DNA of 64,000 bases from the NCBI GenBank assembly GCA_965240325.2, contig OZ251229.1, positions 2,170,001-2,234,000 of the forward strand, written 5' to 3'. A model generated the notes under the pieces. That model had not been told where the DNA came from. It made no database searches and saw only the letters and a program-made list of their open reading frames with translations. Positions 44,132-56,613 of the stretch are shown here, piece after piece (the stretch's first letter is position 1; every line of letters starts with the position of its first letter). Position numbers and translations under genes: made by a program. The stretch comes from Rebecca billardiae RCC1528 (Eukaryota > Protista > Haptophyta).

Positions 44132-45893
44132 ATGTCTCCTCCGACCTGCATTCCGGTCGTCCGCTCGACGAAGCCGAGTACGAGCGCAGGCTCGACCATG
44201 TTTGCGCGGTGGCGCGAGAAGCCCAAGGCGCAGCAGGAGGTGCCGGTGCAGCCCGTCCAGACCACCGTGCAGGTGCACTGGCCGCTCTCCTCGCCGCCGG
44301 ACACGCCCAAGCGCTGCGCTCTCGTTCTGTACGGCCTCCCAAAGTTCTTCGCGGCGCGCAGCTTCCCGAGCCTGCAGGCGCGCGTGATCTCGCGGCTGCC
44401 CATGCCCGTGGACGTATTCGTGCACACGTACGACCTCCACGAGACCACAAACTCGCGAAATGGCGAGGTCGCCTGCCCGCTTGACCCGAGCGAGGTCATG
44501 GTCGCCAAGCCGAAGCGCGTCGAAACGACTTCGCAGGACATTGCCGACAAGGAGTTTCAGCCGCACTTCTCCGAGCTGAAGCGGTACGGGGACGCGTGGT
44601 TCAACCACTTCGTCTCGCTGCGCAACGTGCTGCGGCAGTACAACTCGCTGCAGCAGGTGCGCGCCCGCCGCGCGCCGCGCGCCGCAAGCGCGCGCGCGCG
44701 GCGCCGAGCGCCGACTGAGCGCGCAATGCCCCCGATGGGCCGGCCCGCGCCACCGTGTGCCACAGGCGTACGCGCTCGTGGAGGCGGAGCAGAAGCGCTC
44801 GGGCGTGCAGTACGCCATCGTGTGCTGCTCGCGCATGGACGTGCTCTACCTCGACGACCTGCCCTCCGAGGTGGTCGCCGCCCTCGACAGCCTCACCCCC
44901 GGCACCCTGTACGCACCCAACTTCCATGAGTGGGAGCTGCGGGCTGACAACCTCATCTACCCAACGGGCGGCATGAACGACCGGTTCGCGATCGGCTGCC
45001 GGCACGCGATGAGCGTGTACGCGAATAGGATACCGCACGCGCTGCAGGTGCGCGGGCCGCGCCGCGGGCGCGCGGCGCCTCCCTGCCGCGCGGTGCCGCG
45101 CCGACCAGCCGGCCGACTGCATTCCCGAGCGCGGCGCACTGCGCGCACCCTGCTCACCTGTGCCTGCGCTGCGCGCCCGGCGCGCGCGCGCGGCCCTTCC
45201 ACGCAGTACTGCCGCACGGTGCGCCGCATGTTCCACACCGAGACGTTCCTCAAGTGGCACCTCACGCAGGCGCAGGTCGAGGTGCGCAAGATGCGCTTCC
45301 GCTTCCAGCGCATCCGCGCCAACGGCGAGGTGCACGACACGGACCGCGAGCTGCAGACTGCCGCCGAGCGTGCGGCGGCGCAGGCGGCGGCGCGAGCCGC
45401 GCCAAGCCGGCACGCGCTCGCGGCGCACACGCCGGCCTGCGCCGCGGCGGGCGGCGCCTCGGCGGTGACGCCGGCCTCGGCGGTGACGCCGGCCTCGGTG
45501 GTGACGCCGCTGGTGCCGGTGGCGCGAGGCACGCCGGTGCCGGCGCGGCAGCCCGCGAGGGCAGCGGCGCCGCCCCCGGTGGCTGGTGCGACCGCAGCCT
45601 GCGTTGTCGCTGCACTGCCTGGTGCAGTCTGCGCCACACTGCCCGGCGCGGTCTGCGCGCCGCCGCAGCGACCCGCTGCTGCCACCTCGCCTGCGCACGG
45701 CACATCGAGCAGCGCTGGCAGCTGTGCGTCTATGAGCACAGCCTCGGCTGCGGCCGCAGCACGCCCGGGCAGGGCTGCGGGCGCGGGCGCGGCACGGCCC
45801 GCTCCCGCCCTCTGCCGCGTGCCGTCCTCGACGACTACCGCGACGACAGCATCGGCAGGGACGACTCGGTCCGCGCGGCGAGGGCCGCAATGA
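44132..45893 (+). CDS. Putative glycosyltransferase-like protein with Ala/Pro/Thr-rich tail; exons 44132-44656, 44766-45047, 45207-45893 (start uncertain)
   Basis: Motifs ALVLYGLPK, DVFVHTYD, QYNS, SRMDVLY, GGMNDRFAIG...MSVYANR and HTETFLKWHL, a pattern I recall from uncharacterised GT-like proteins of bacteria and large DNA viruses. Two GT-AG introns join the frames. Confidence 0.65.
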
Positions 45894-46520
45894 CGCGGCG
45901 GCCGGCAGCCGCGGACTGCGGTGCGCGCTGAGCTCGACGCGGGGGCTCTGCTCGGCGCACGAGACCCCTTCGATGCCACGGCGTCAGGAGGCGCGCTGGT
46001 GCTACATCTGCTGAATAAGGCGTTGCGTACGCCCTGATCCCCCGTGCACCCTTACGTGCATCCCACAGTGGCGTGCCTTGGCAGCAGACGAGTCTGCGGA
46101 CACAGTGCAGTCTGCTGCCCGAGGCGAGATACTACTACTATATACGAGTTCATCTGTCTAGAGAGTTCGGCGGAACTAGTAGTGACGATCAAGCATCATC
46201 GATCCGTGATCCACTACTAACCGCTATACTCTGTATAACTCACAATACTGTGATAGCAATACCGTGTCCCGACTGTCCGTCCTCGGTCTCGGACGAGGCT
46301 CGCGGTAGTCGGTGACGAGAGACTACATGATGTTAGCTGTGCAGCCGCGGTGGCCCTGGGGCGCGCGACGCCGACTCCCGCGACTCGGCGGGCGCGGCGC
46401 GCGTCAGCCGTCACCTACTCACTCACCTCGCGCCTTGCTGGCTAGCTGCTTTAAGTTATATATATATAAAAAACCGGGCGGAATAATAAACCGACGTACT
46501 TTACGACGACGACTGACTCG

Positions 46521-47894
46521 TCAGTGTGATGCCGAAGCCCCCACGGGCGACGACTCGGACGAGAGCCACAGCAGGCAGAGCGGCGGCACCGCGAGCGCGC
46601 ACAGCCGCTGCGCCAGCCGTCTCGGCTGCACGGGCGGCGCGAGCGCCTCCCCGTACACCACGATCCCGACGAACGCCAGCCCGAGCCCCGCCAGCTTGCG
46701 CGTGTCCAGAGCGTCCTTGAAGAAGATTCCGGACACCGTGATAATGAAAATGCGCTTGAACGCGTTGGCGACCGCGTGGCTGACCGCGTCGACCGTGCGC
46801 AGCACCGAGAGGCTGGCGAGCATGTACGTGTTGAGCGCGATGGCGGAGGTGAAGAAGCGACGGTCGATATGCGGCGTGCCGTGCAACGCGTGCACGTACC
46901 CGGCGCACGCCAGCGCCGGCAGAGCGGGCAGGGCGTTCAGTGCGAGTAGCGTGTGCGCGCCTCCGCCCAGCAGCACGCGCAGGCGGTCCGTCTTCGTCAG
47001 GATGCGCATCAGCGGGAGCGAGATGCACGCGAGGGTGACGGGCAGCGCCGCGAGGGCCACGCCTGGGCCGCCGTGCGCCGCGTCCGCGCGCGCCGTCTTG
47101 AGGGAGATCAGTGCGCAGCCACTGGCGATGAGCGTGAGCGCTCCGAGCGCGGTGTGCGAGGAGGAGGAGCGGAGAATGAGCCACTTGAGTAATGCGGTGT
47201 AGATGGGCTCGGAGGCCTTGAGCACCTGCGTGTGCGTTGAGCCGAGGAGCACCATCGAGGCGTTGGTCCCGCCGATCCCCACCGTGTTGCACGCCGACGC
47301 CGCCGCGAGCAGTGCGAGCGTCCCTGCGTCGAGCCACTGTGTGCAGCCTGACGTGCGCGCCAGCGCACCGCCCGCCTCGGCCTCGGTGATGTCGTCCGTC
47401 ATGTCGAGCGGTGTTTCCGTGTCGGCGTCGGAGGCTTTCAGCCCGAGCCGCTCATCCCCCGATGAGGCTGGCGGCGCCCATGCCTCCCCGCATAGCCGGG
47501 TGCTCACGGCGAGGTATCCAAGCGCAGCCAGCACCCCGACGTTCAGCTGGACGGCCGTCAGCGTCACGTGCGCGTACGGGTAGCTGGCGTGTAGGTCGCG
47601 GAGCAGCCGCGCGCTCTCGACGACAGAGTGCGCGTGCGCACCGTACCACACGCACACGGTGACGCCGAGCCACGCCACCTGCGCCGCCGACGCGTGCGCC
47701 ACTGCCTGATCCTCGCTCGCTCTGCCCTCCTCGTCTACCTGCTCGCTCGAATCGGCCGTAACGGATCTGCTGAGCAGGATGTCCGCCTCATCGTCGTCGG
47801 ACAGCGCATTGCCACCGCGCGCGTGGGCGCTTGCGTGGTGGGGCTCGCCGTCTGAGAGCTCATCCCTACGATCTCCATGGTCACGAGCCGCCAT
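46521..47894 (-). CDS. Triose-phosphate/nucleotide-sugar transporter family (TPT/SLC35) protein
   Basis: About 9-10 TM segments; motifs TQVLKASEPIYT and DAVSHAVANAFKRIFII. Confidence 0.85.
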   Translation of the reverse strand: MAARDHGDRRDELSDGEPHHASAHARGGNALSDDDEADILLSRSVTADSSEQVDEEGRASEDQAVAHASAAQVAWLGVTVCVWYGAHAHSVVESARLLRDLHASYPYAHVTLTAVQLNVGVLAALGYLAVSTRLCGEAWAPPASSGDERLGLKASDADTETPLDMTDDITEAEAGGALARTSGCTQWLDAGTLALLAAASACNTVGIGGTNASMVLLGSTHTQVLKASEPIYTALLKWLILRSSSSHTALGALTLIASGCALISLKTARADAAHGGPGVALAALPVTLACISLPLMRILTKTDRLRVLLGGGAHTLLALNALPALPALACAGYVHALHGTPHIDRRFFTSAIALNTYMLASLSVLRTVDAVSHAVANAFKRIFIITVSGIFFKDALDTRKLAGLGLAFVGIVVYGEALAPPVQPRRLAQRLCALAVPPLCLLWLSSESSPVGASASH

Positions 47895-48131
47895 ACTGTA
47901 CGATGTGACAGCGATATCTGCTGCATTCTTCTGATGCGACGATCAATGCGATCAGCATGCATCTTCATGATTCCGGATTCTTGAAGTCCGGGTGGTCGCT
48001 CACTGTCAGCATTGTCACCGCACTCCGTAGCGACCTGTGGCTGTAAGGCGCTCGCCAGTCTCAAGTGGCGAGCATCATCCGACGAACGATGAAGAAGCTC
48101 CTCTGGCTCTACAGAGTCGACGTTGTCACTG

Positions 48132-49805
48132 TTATGCGCGCCGCAGCGCCCGGAGGACCTGCCGACGGGGCTGCTGCTGGTTTGACACTCGTCCAGCCAT
48201 GCTCATGCCGCCGCCGCTGCCCGTCCGCCGCAGCGCCCTCGGCGCGGCCGCCACCGGCCGCTGGTGCTCGCCGCTCCCGTGCTCGCCGCCGCTGCCAGCG
48301 CTGCCAGAGCCGCCACGCTGAGCCCCCACGATGGCATCGAGGCTGTTCACCGCGCCGAGCACGGCCTCCACGTCCACGACGGCGTCGAACGAGGCCTTCG
48401 CCTTCCACAGCGGGCACTCGGCGCGCGGCACTGTCGCGGCGCGCGGCGCGCCGAGCACGCGATACCTCGACCGAAATCGCATGGACGAGCGGTCGGCGGT
48501 GGCGCACGGCGCGGATCGGAGCTCGAGGATCGCGCCGTCGTGCGGCAGGAACTTGCCGAGCGCCAGGCCGGCGCCGTGCACGCCGATCAGCGTCGACGAG
48601 TTCGAGACGAGCGCGAGCTGCACCTCGATCGGGACGCATTCAAACGACGCCACCGTCACGTCTGCGCCGAGCGCTTTCAGCGCGGCCGTGAGGAAGCCGA
48701 GGTTGGCGATGCGGCGCGTCTTCAGCCTGTGCACGACGGTGATCCGCGGGCGCGGCCACAGCCCGCCGACCTCGCGCGGCGCGGGCGGGAGGCCGAGCGC
48801 GCGCCGCGCGGCGCCCACCAGGTCGACGCCCTCGCTCGATGCAGCGCGCGGCTGCTCCATGGGCGCGCGCGAGCACGCGCCGCCCTCAGCCGCGCGCGCG
48901 CCGTCGTGCGCCACGTCCATGCGCAGATCGGCGAAGCAGACGGTCACGCCGCGCGCCACGTGGAACGCCTGGCGCGGGCCGTTCGCGAGCGCCCAGAGCT
49001 TCCCCGTCACGTCGTCGTGCAGCATGTCGCGCGGCTGCACGAGCAGCGCGCGCGTTTCGTTGGCCGCGACCCGCGCCGCGCGCGCGACAGCGTCCAGGTA
49101 GTGGATGGACTCGGTCAGCGCGTGGAACAGGTTGCGCGTGCCGAAGCGGAAGCGCGGCGAGAGCGCGAGCCACACGCCGCCCACCCAGTGGTACGGGCCG
49201 GGCGGCGCGTGCTCGGCCGTGCTCCACTCCGCGAGCTGCACGCGCGTCACGTGCGGATGGTCTGCCGGCCCAAAGCTTGCATTCCATACGCTGAGCGGAG
49301 GGCGATCGGCCGAGGTGCGCAGGAAGAGGGTCCCGTCGCGCAGGCACGCGTTGCGCACGAAGAGCATCGCGCGCGTGCCCATGCGCACGGCGCACGCGGA
49401 GCTGTCCGGATCGGCCGGCGGCGCGCGCAGGCCGCGCGCCGCTCGCGCATCGAGAGCCCTCTGCTCGATGCGCGCTGTCGGCCGCCCGGGTGCGGGCGTC
49501 TCGGCGTCGCCGCTCGGCGCGCAGGTTGCCGCGCGCGCGTCTACGCCGGGTGGCACGTAGCGCACGCCCTCGCGCAGATCGCTGGCGAGCGCGGCGGTGG
49601 CATCGAAGGAGGCGCCGGCCGCGTGTGATGGCACGTCACCCGCAAGCCAGCCGCGGCTGCGCGCGGCGGCGGCGAGCGCGCCTGCGCAGACCAAGAGCGC
49701 AGCCGCGCCCAGCAGGCTGGTCGCGATGCAACGCCCGCGCGGAGGGCTCGGGCGTGCTGCCTCGGTGGGCGGGCCGACCAGGGGGTGGTCCTCCTCGTCA
49801 TGCAT
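48132..49805 (-). CDS. Glycosyltransferase family 61 (DUF563), type II membrane protein
   Basis: N-terminal TM; motifs NLFHALTE, VVHRLKTRRIAN and QLALVSNSSTLIGVHGAGL. Confidence 0.88.
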   Translation of the reverse strand: MHDEEDHPLVGPPTEAARPSPPRGRCIATSLLGAAALLVCAGALAAAARSRGWLAGDVPSHAAGASFDATAALASDLREGVRYVPPGVDARAATCAPSGDAETPAPGRPTARIEQRALDARAARGLRAPPADPDSSACAVRMGTRAMLFVRNACLRDGTLFLRTSADRPPLSVWNASFGPADHPHVTRVQLAEWSTAEHAPPGPYHWVGGVWLALSPRFRFGTRNLFHALTESIHYLDAVARAARVAANETRALLVQPRDMLHDDVTGKLWALANGPRQAFHVARGVTVCFADLRMDVAHDGARAAEGGACSRAPMEQPRAASSEGVDLVGAARRALGLPPAPREVGGLWPRPRITVVHRLKTRRIANLGFLTAALKALGADVTVASFECVPIEVQLALVSNSSTLIGVHGAGLALGKFLPHDGAILELRSAPCATADRSSMRFRSRYRVLGAPRAATVPRAECPLWKAKASFDAVVDVEAVLGAVNSLDAIVGAQRGGSGSAGSGGEHGSGEHQRPVAAAPRALRRTGSGGGMSMAGRVSNQQQPRRQVLRALRRA

Positions 49806-49966
49806 CGCGTCCCGCCGGCACGGCCGCCTTGGAAGTCGACGCCGAGGCGACGCTGTGGACCGCTGCGGGAAGACAAAGAAAAAGCAGTCCGGGGCCGCCG
49901 CGCGCCCGCGCATGGAGGCGGAGCGGTACCGGGCGAAGGCTAACCGCTCAGCTCACAACGGAGCCC

Positions 49967-50722
49967 ATGGGGGAGCCAGCTGCGCGCGTCGTGCCCGCCG
50001 CGCTTGACCGCACCGCGCTGTACGACAAAATGTACACCGAGCACGCGTACAACAAGAAAGGCGTCACCCACTCGAAGCCGATCATCTACGGCCCACTGCT
50101 CCGAGCGTATCCCAAATCGGTGCGTGGCCAGTACGAAAAAAACGTGCTGGACGTGGGGTGCTCGTACGGCGTGGCAGTGCGGATGCTGTGGACTCTGGGC
50201 TTCTGCGCGTCAGGCACTGACCTGTCATCTGTGCCGATCGTCCAGAACAACGCCATGATCAAAATACCGCAGCCGGTGCTCGACAAGTGCGGCCCGCTGC
50301 CGCGCTTCAAGCAGGGCTCCGCCGCGGCACTGCCTTGGCCGAGCGCGCACTTCCACGCGATCATCAGCACGGACGTGATGGAGCACGTCCCCAGCGATCT
50401 CGTGCCTGCCGTCGCGACCGAGTTCACCCGCGTCGCACGAGAGTATCTCATGCTCAACATCGCGACGCAGCCCGACTTCACGGAGCGCGTGATGGGCGGG
50501 AGGAACGGCACGTTCCTCAAGATGCACGAGAACGTGCACGGGGTGAAGTGGTGGCGGGATCAGTTCGAGGGCACCGGCGCGTGGTTCTGCACGGCATCCT
50601 TCACGAAGAAGAGGGGGCCGCCCAAGTGGCCGGGCGAGGTCGTGGGGCAGGATGAGCAGGGGAACCACATCTCTGAAATGCGGCTCATATGCAAGCGGCG
50701 CTCTGCGACACGACCAGCCTGA
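49967..50722 (+). CDS. Class I SAM-dependent methyltransferase
   Basis: Motifs VLDVGCSYG, GTDLS, GSAAALPW and STDVMEHVP; ATG at 49967. Confidence 0.88.
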   Translation: MGEPAARVVPAALDRTALYDKMYTEHAYNKKGVTHSKPIIYGPLLRAYPKSVRGQYEKNVLDVGCSYGVAVRMLWTLGFCASGTDLSSVPIVQNNAMIKIPQPVLDKCGPLPRFKQGSAAALPWPSAHFHAIISTDVMEHVPSDLVPAVATEFTRVAREYLMLNIATQPDFTERVMGGRNGTFLKMHENVHGVKWWRDQFEGTGAWFCTASFTKKRGPPKWPGEVVGQDEQGNHISEMRLICKRRSATRPA

Positions 50723-51052
50723 GCCGGGTGCGACCACGCCGTGGCCGTGCGCCCGCGGTGCGGTGCACAGTCGCGCAGCGGCGTGCGCAGCTTGGAGCTC
50801 GCCGGGATGCCCACGGAGCCCCTTCGCCTGCGGACGACTCGTCCGCGTGAGCCTCCCCGGCCTCCAAGGCCGCATCGGCTGAGCTGCCAGCTGGGCGCTA
50901 CAGTAGCTGCGCCCGGCCGCCCGGGGGTGGGCGGCCGCGGGCCTGACAGTCTCCGCCTGTCTCCGGGCCCGGCGGGGCGGTGAGCGCGGGATCGGAGATG
51001 AGTCGGTCTCACGTAGTGGCCATCTGAACTGCTGACTGTACGCTACTGTATG

Positions 51053-51055
<3 letters not shown>

Positions 51056-51101
<46 letters not shown>
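51056..51101. repeat. (AT)n microsatellite
   Basis: Direct reading. Confidence 0.97.
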
Positions 51102-51104
<3 letters not shown>

Positions 51105-51342
51105 ATATATATCGTGCTGCTGGTGCGGCACTGCTGACCGTCGATGACCGATCCGACGAGTCCGGTAGTTAGACCGAGTCCGAGAGGCGCGGGCCGCCTA
51201 AAACGGCCCACGGTTTCGGAGTTATTATTGGCGCACGCGGACGGTCTCGGGCGCGACTCGGGCTCGGCCGAGCCCGATAGTACTTGCAACGACTCGTCAC
51301 GGAATACTCACGTCATCAGATGTCGTCGTCGATTATTCACCG

Positions 51343-51963
51343 TATATATTTAACGACGTGGTATGCAACGGGCAAGCGTCAGGCTCAGAGTGCAGCAGAC
51401 ACATATAGAATGCGTCCGCGCCTTCCGACCAGGTCAGGCAGTGCGCCACCCGCAGCCCTGCCCCCCTACGGGAGCGGGGGCGGGATGGAGCACCGCCTCG
51501 GCCTGGGGCACGCGGCGGCGACGGCAGATGCCGCCGCGGCCGAGCGCCTTCCGGTGAAGCACTTGGATGAGGCTGAGGTCGTAGTCGATGTCGCCGCCTG
51601 CCGACCTAGCGGCGTGCAGCTGCGGGAAGCGACAGCCGCGGCTGTCGCCCCCGGGCGCCCGCGTGGGCGCCTGGATGAAGATGAGGTCGTAGTACACGTC
51701 GCCGCGCACCGGCCTAGCGGCGCGCAGCTGCAGAAGAGGGGCTTGGAGAGTGAGCGCGCCGCCTAGCGCGCTCAGGTCGATGAAGCGGATGAGGGTGTAG
51801 TCGACGTCGCAGCCCGGCCCGCCGGCGGGCTGCTGCAGGGAAATGTAGAAAGCGTCGTCGTCAGCAACGCGTGTCACCGGCTCAGGCGCGCTCGCATCCG
51901 CCAACACCGCCCGCCCGAGCGACGAGATGAGCAAGAGTTTATATATATGTCGTTAAATATATA
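51343..51963. mobile_element. Putative non-autonomous TIR element (MITE-like), about 620 bp
   Basis: Perfect 15 bp inverted repeat TATATATTTAACGAC (51343-51357) / GTCGTTAAATATATA (51949-51963), with internal degenerate direct repeats. Confidence 0.45.
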
Positions 51964-52145
51964 TATATATTATAAATTTCACCAACTCATCACTGAATAT
52001 GACTGAGTCTGATTCACTCAGAATGGGCATGGCCATGGCGCGGCCGAGCAGCGCCGGGGCACATCGCACATCAAGTCGTCAGTCGGGTCGCCCCGGCCAT
52101 CCCGGCGAGACGAGCACCCCCGTCCGGCCGTCCGAGCAGCCGACG

Positions 52146-55100
52146 CTAGATGATCATACGCGGCGCGATCTGCATCGCCATCAGCTCCTGGAAGAGCAGC
52201 TTGCACGCGTACGGCATGAAGACCTGGCACGTCTCCGCGCTCTGGCAGCCCTTCACGTTGCACCTGAAGTTCTGCTTGCGCAGGTTGGCTATTGACATCA
52301 GGCCGCACTTCTCGCAGACGTGCACGCGGAAGCGATCACTCTGGTCGAAGAGCCGCTCCTGTGCGCGCCCGAGCCCGCCGCGCGTGGGCGCGTGGGCGCG
52401 TCAGGCGGGCCGACAGCCGCGCGCGGGCGCGCTCGCGCGCGCCGCCGGCGCTCGGCCGCGGCCGGGCGGCGCACGCACGGCGCGCGGCGCTTGGGCGTGC
52501 GGCGCCCACCTTGAGCATCGCCGCGACGCCGTGTGAGATCATGCAGTCGCGCTCCATCTCGCCGAAGCGCAAGCCGCCGTCCTTCGCGCGGCCCTCGACC
52601 GGCTGGCGCGTGAGCGTGGTCGTCGGCCCGCGCGCGCGCGCGTGGATCTTGTCGTCGACCATGTGCTTGAGCCGCTGGTAGTACGTAGGCCCGAGGAAGA
52701 TGTAAGCGTTTTGGCGCCGCCCCGTGTGCCCGTTGTACATGCGCTCGAAGGCGCGGCACTGGTAGCCGCGCTTCTGCAGCTCGGCGGAGATCTCGTCGAC
52801 CGTCACCTTGCAGAACGGCGTCGCGTCGCCCTCCTGCCCCGTCAGCGTCGCCACCTTGGACAGCAGGCATTCGATGAGGTGGCCGATCGTCATGCGCGAC
52901 GGAATGGCATGCGGGTTGACGATGATGTCGGGTGTGATGCCCTCGCTCGAGAAGGGCATGTCCTCCTGCCGGTACATGATGCCGATGGTGCCCTTCTGCC
53001 CGTGGCGCGAGGCGAACTTGTCGCCGATCTGCGGGATCCGGATCGAGCGCACGCGCACCTTGCAGAACTTGAGCCCCTTCTCGTTGGTGGTGAGCATCAC
53101 CTGGTCGACGATGCCAGACTCCGCCTCGCGCATGCGCGTCGACGTGTCGCGCCGCGTGAACTTGGCCTGCAGGGGGTCGAGGTCCTCCTCGGTGCTGCGC
53201 GCGCGGCGCGAGGGAGGGAGGCACGAGCGCGCGTGGGCGCGCGCCCGGCCAGCGAGCACCGTGAGCCGGCGACGTGTGCGCGCGCGCGAGCGCGCGGCGC
53301 GGCGGCGGCGGCAGCTACCGCCCCCACCGCGCGGCCGTCGCGGCCCGCGCACCGCGCGCGCGCGCGAGCGCGCGCGCGCGCACCGCTCGAGCGGCGTGGT
53401 CTTGCCGATGATGACGTCGCCCCCGGAGACGCGCAGCCCGGGCGAGACGAGCCCGTCGTCGTCGATCTTGTCGTAGTTCGCGTGCTTGATCCCCTGGCAC
53501 ACGTCCCGCTGCGGACGCTCGAACGTCTCCGAGTCGTCCAGCCCGACCTTCTGCACCTCGTCCTTGTATGAGCGGTAGAAGACGGAGCGGAAGAAGCCGC
53601 GGTCGATGGCGGACTGGTTCATGATCACCGAGTCCTCCTGGTTGTATCCCGAGTAGCACGCGATCGCGACGATCGCGTTGATCCCCGACGGCAGCTCGCG
53701 GAAGTGCAGGTACTTCATCGCCTGCGTGCACGCGAGCGGCTTCTGCGGGTAGTACAGGACGTTGGCCATCGTGTCCATGCGCGTCTGGTAGTTGGTGATG
53801 TACACGCCCATCGCCTGCTTGCCCATCGCGGACTGGTACGTGTTGCGCGGCGACTGGTTGTGGTCGGGGAACGGGATGATCGACGCGCACACGCCGAGGA
53901 TCATCGACGGGTGGATCTCGGCGTGCGTGTTGGTCACCATGCCGCCCGAGTGCGCGAGGTCGGTGATGAACATGGCGATCATCACCGTCTCCTCCTCCTC
54001 CGTGTCGATGAACTCGACGAGGCCGTTGCGCACGAGCCACTCCCAGTCGACGCCGGTGGTCTCGTGCTCGCGGAGCAGCTTGATGTGGTGCTTCTTGATC
54101 ACGAGCGACTGGTTCTCCACGACGAACAGCGGGCGCGAGATCCGGCCGGCGTCCGTGTTGAGTCGGAGCTCGCGCTCGCCGATGTCGCGCACGACCGAGG
54201 TCTCCGCGTCGATCGTGACGGAGCGGCGGAGCTCGCGCAGCGTCGAGACGAGCTGGTCGGGGTCGCGGTGGATCCCGATCCACGCGCCGTTGCAGAACAC
54301 CTTCGTCGCGTGCGGGATCGTCGACGGCGAGATCTCCTCCAGGTTCTCCACGCCCCACTCGTCGAGGAACTCGATGATCGGCTTGGCCGGCTTGCCGACC
54401 GTGATGTACGACATGAGCGCGAGGTTCTTGACGAGGCCGACGGCCTGGCCCTCGGGCGTCTCGGCGGGGCAGACCATGCCCCAGTGCGTGTTGTGCAGCT
54501 GCCGCGGCTTCGCCAGCTTGCCCTCGCGCCCGATCGGCGTGTTCAGCCGGCGCAGGTGCGAGAGCGTCGACGCGAACGCGAGCCGGTTGAGCACCTGCGC
54601 GACGCCCGCGCGGTTCGTGCCCGGCGCGGCCTTCGAGTCGCCCCAGTTGCCCGTGGCGAGGGCGTACTTGAGGCCTCGCGAGATGGTCGAGGCGGAGACC
54701 GCCTTGGACAGCGCGATCTCCTTGTTCGCGTCCACCGCCTTCTGCAGCACCGTCTTCATCTCCTTCTTCAGCTTGGCAAACAGCTTCCGGAAAAGTCCGG
54801 AGAGGAGCGGGCCCGAGAGCTCAAGCCGCTTCTGCGCAAAGTGGTCGCGGTCGTCCTCCTTGCGCCCGCCGAGGGAGGCGACGAGCACCTTGTGGATCAT
54901 GTACCCGAGGAAGAACGCCTTCTTCGACTCGCAGTGCTCGTTGATCCCCACGTGCGGCAGCATCTCCTTGACGAGCAGCTCGCGCGCGTGCTGCATGCGC
55001 GCCTTGCGCTGCGCGCCGGGCTGCGCGCCGCGCGTGCCGATGAAGTCGAGCGCCATCTCCGTCGTGTGGATCGACTGCGAGTCCTCGAGCGAGGGCTTGA

Positions 55101-56135
55101 GGAGCTGCATCAGCTGCATGTCGTTGATGTCGTACACGATGTGCTGCGCGTGCGTGCGTGCGCGCGTGCGAGACAGAGGGAGGCCGCGGCGCGCGGCGCG
55201 CGGCGCGTGCCCGAGCTCAGCCCGGCGCGGCCGCCGGGCGTGGCCGCAGGGCGCGCCCGGGCGGGCCCGCACGGCGCGCGCACCTCGAGCACGTTGCGGT
55301 CCGCCTGGAACCCCTCGCCGAGCGCCCTGAAGACGATCATGCACGGCACGTCCTCGCGCACAAGAGGCACGGTGCACACGATCGAGCCGGCCGAGGCGGT
55401 CTTGTACCGCGAGCGCAGCAGCTTCATGAAGAGCGCGGAGGGCGGGCGGTTGCCGAGCTCGGGCGCCGAGCGGATCTCCGAGATCCACGCGAACTTGCTC
55501 GGCTCGCGCTTGTGGAAGACGTACACCATGTTGTTGGTCATCTTCTCCTGGCCGATGAGAACCTTCTCCGAGCCGTTGATCACAAAGTAGCCGCCCGGGT
55601 CGAGCGGGCACTCGCCGAACTCGGTGAGGTCCTTGTCGCTCGCGTCGCGCAGCAGGCAGAACTTGGAGCGCAGCATCATCGGCACGCGCCCCACGTACAG
55701 CTTCGGGATCGCAAACTCCTGCGCGTCCTCCTCGCCGTCTGGCCGGAGCTCGATCGTCTGGTGGGTGACGTCGATGTAGAGAGGGCAGGCGTACGTCAGG
55801 TTGCGCAGCCGCGCCTCGTTCGGGAAGAGGGTGGCGTTCTTGCCGTCCGGCTCGGCGACGGACGCGCGCGACAGGTACGTCTGCGAGAAGGTGATCACGT
55901 GCCTCACGTCCGCGCCCGCCGCGTGCGTCGGGTTGTGCTGCATGCCCGCGCGCACCTCGACCGTGGGGCTCTCGTCGATGATCTGCTGCATCGTCGTCTC
56001 GAGGAACTCGTCGAAGGAGTTGAGCTGCTGCTGCACCAGCCCCTTCTCCGCGAAATAGGCGGAGATCACATCCCACGCGTCGTCCTGCGTGATGTCGTCA
56101 AACTCGTCCTCCTCCGCTGTCATGTCGATCTCCAT
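52146..56135 (-). CDS. RPB2: DNA-directed RNA polymerase II second largest subunit; exons 56135-55284, 55143-53384, 53194-52510, 52358-52146
   Basis: Motifs [74 protein letters not shown] and [12 protein letters not shown]. Confidence 0.98.
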
Positions 56136-56613
56136 GGCGACCCGCGGGCCGCACGCAGCGGCGGGCCTGCCGAGACGCAGCTAGCGCGGTGCCCGCCCAC
56201 TCGCACCGCGGGCACGACCCTGCGGCTCGGCCTGGCTGGCGCGCACTCCGGCCTCCGGCGGCGGGCGCGGCACGAGACCGCGCGTGTCTGTGTCCTCGCG
56301 AGCCGAACACGATGGAGTCGTCGATCCGGGAAAGCGCGCAAACCTTTTTTTGGCGGATATAAAATCGCTTAAATCGTATTTCAAGGTTTTCGGGGAGAAG
56401 ATCCGCCGGAGAATCGCCGGGCGTCCTACAAGACGGGTACGGCGGGTTCGTTGATTGATCAGTTGGTTCATCAGCCCATCAATTATTCAGTCTGCTTTCT
56501 ATCCCTCAAGGACTAATGAATACAGAATAGTCGAATACATACCCGGCTGACTTTGAAAATGTTGGTCACTTCATACAGAAGGCAGAGGCGCGCGCGCCTG
56601 ATCCCCGACTGAG

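Noticed and set aside
51434-51934. 166 aa ORF as a host gene
   Set aside because: It has a non-ATG start, lies within the TIR-bounded repeat and matches no recognisable family.
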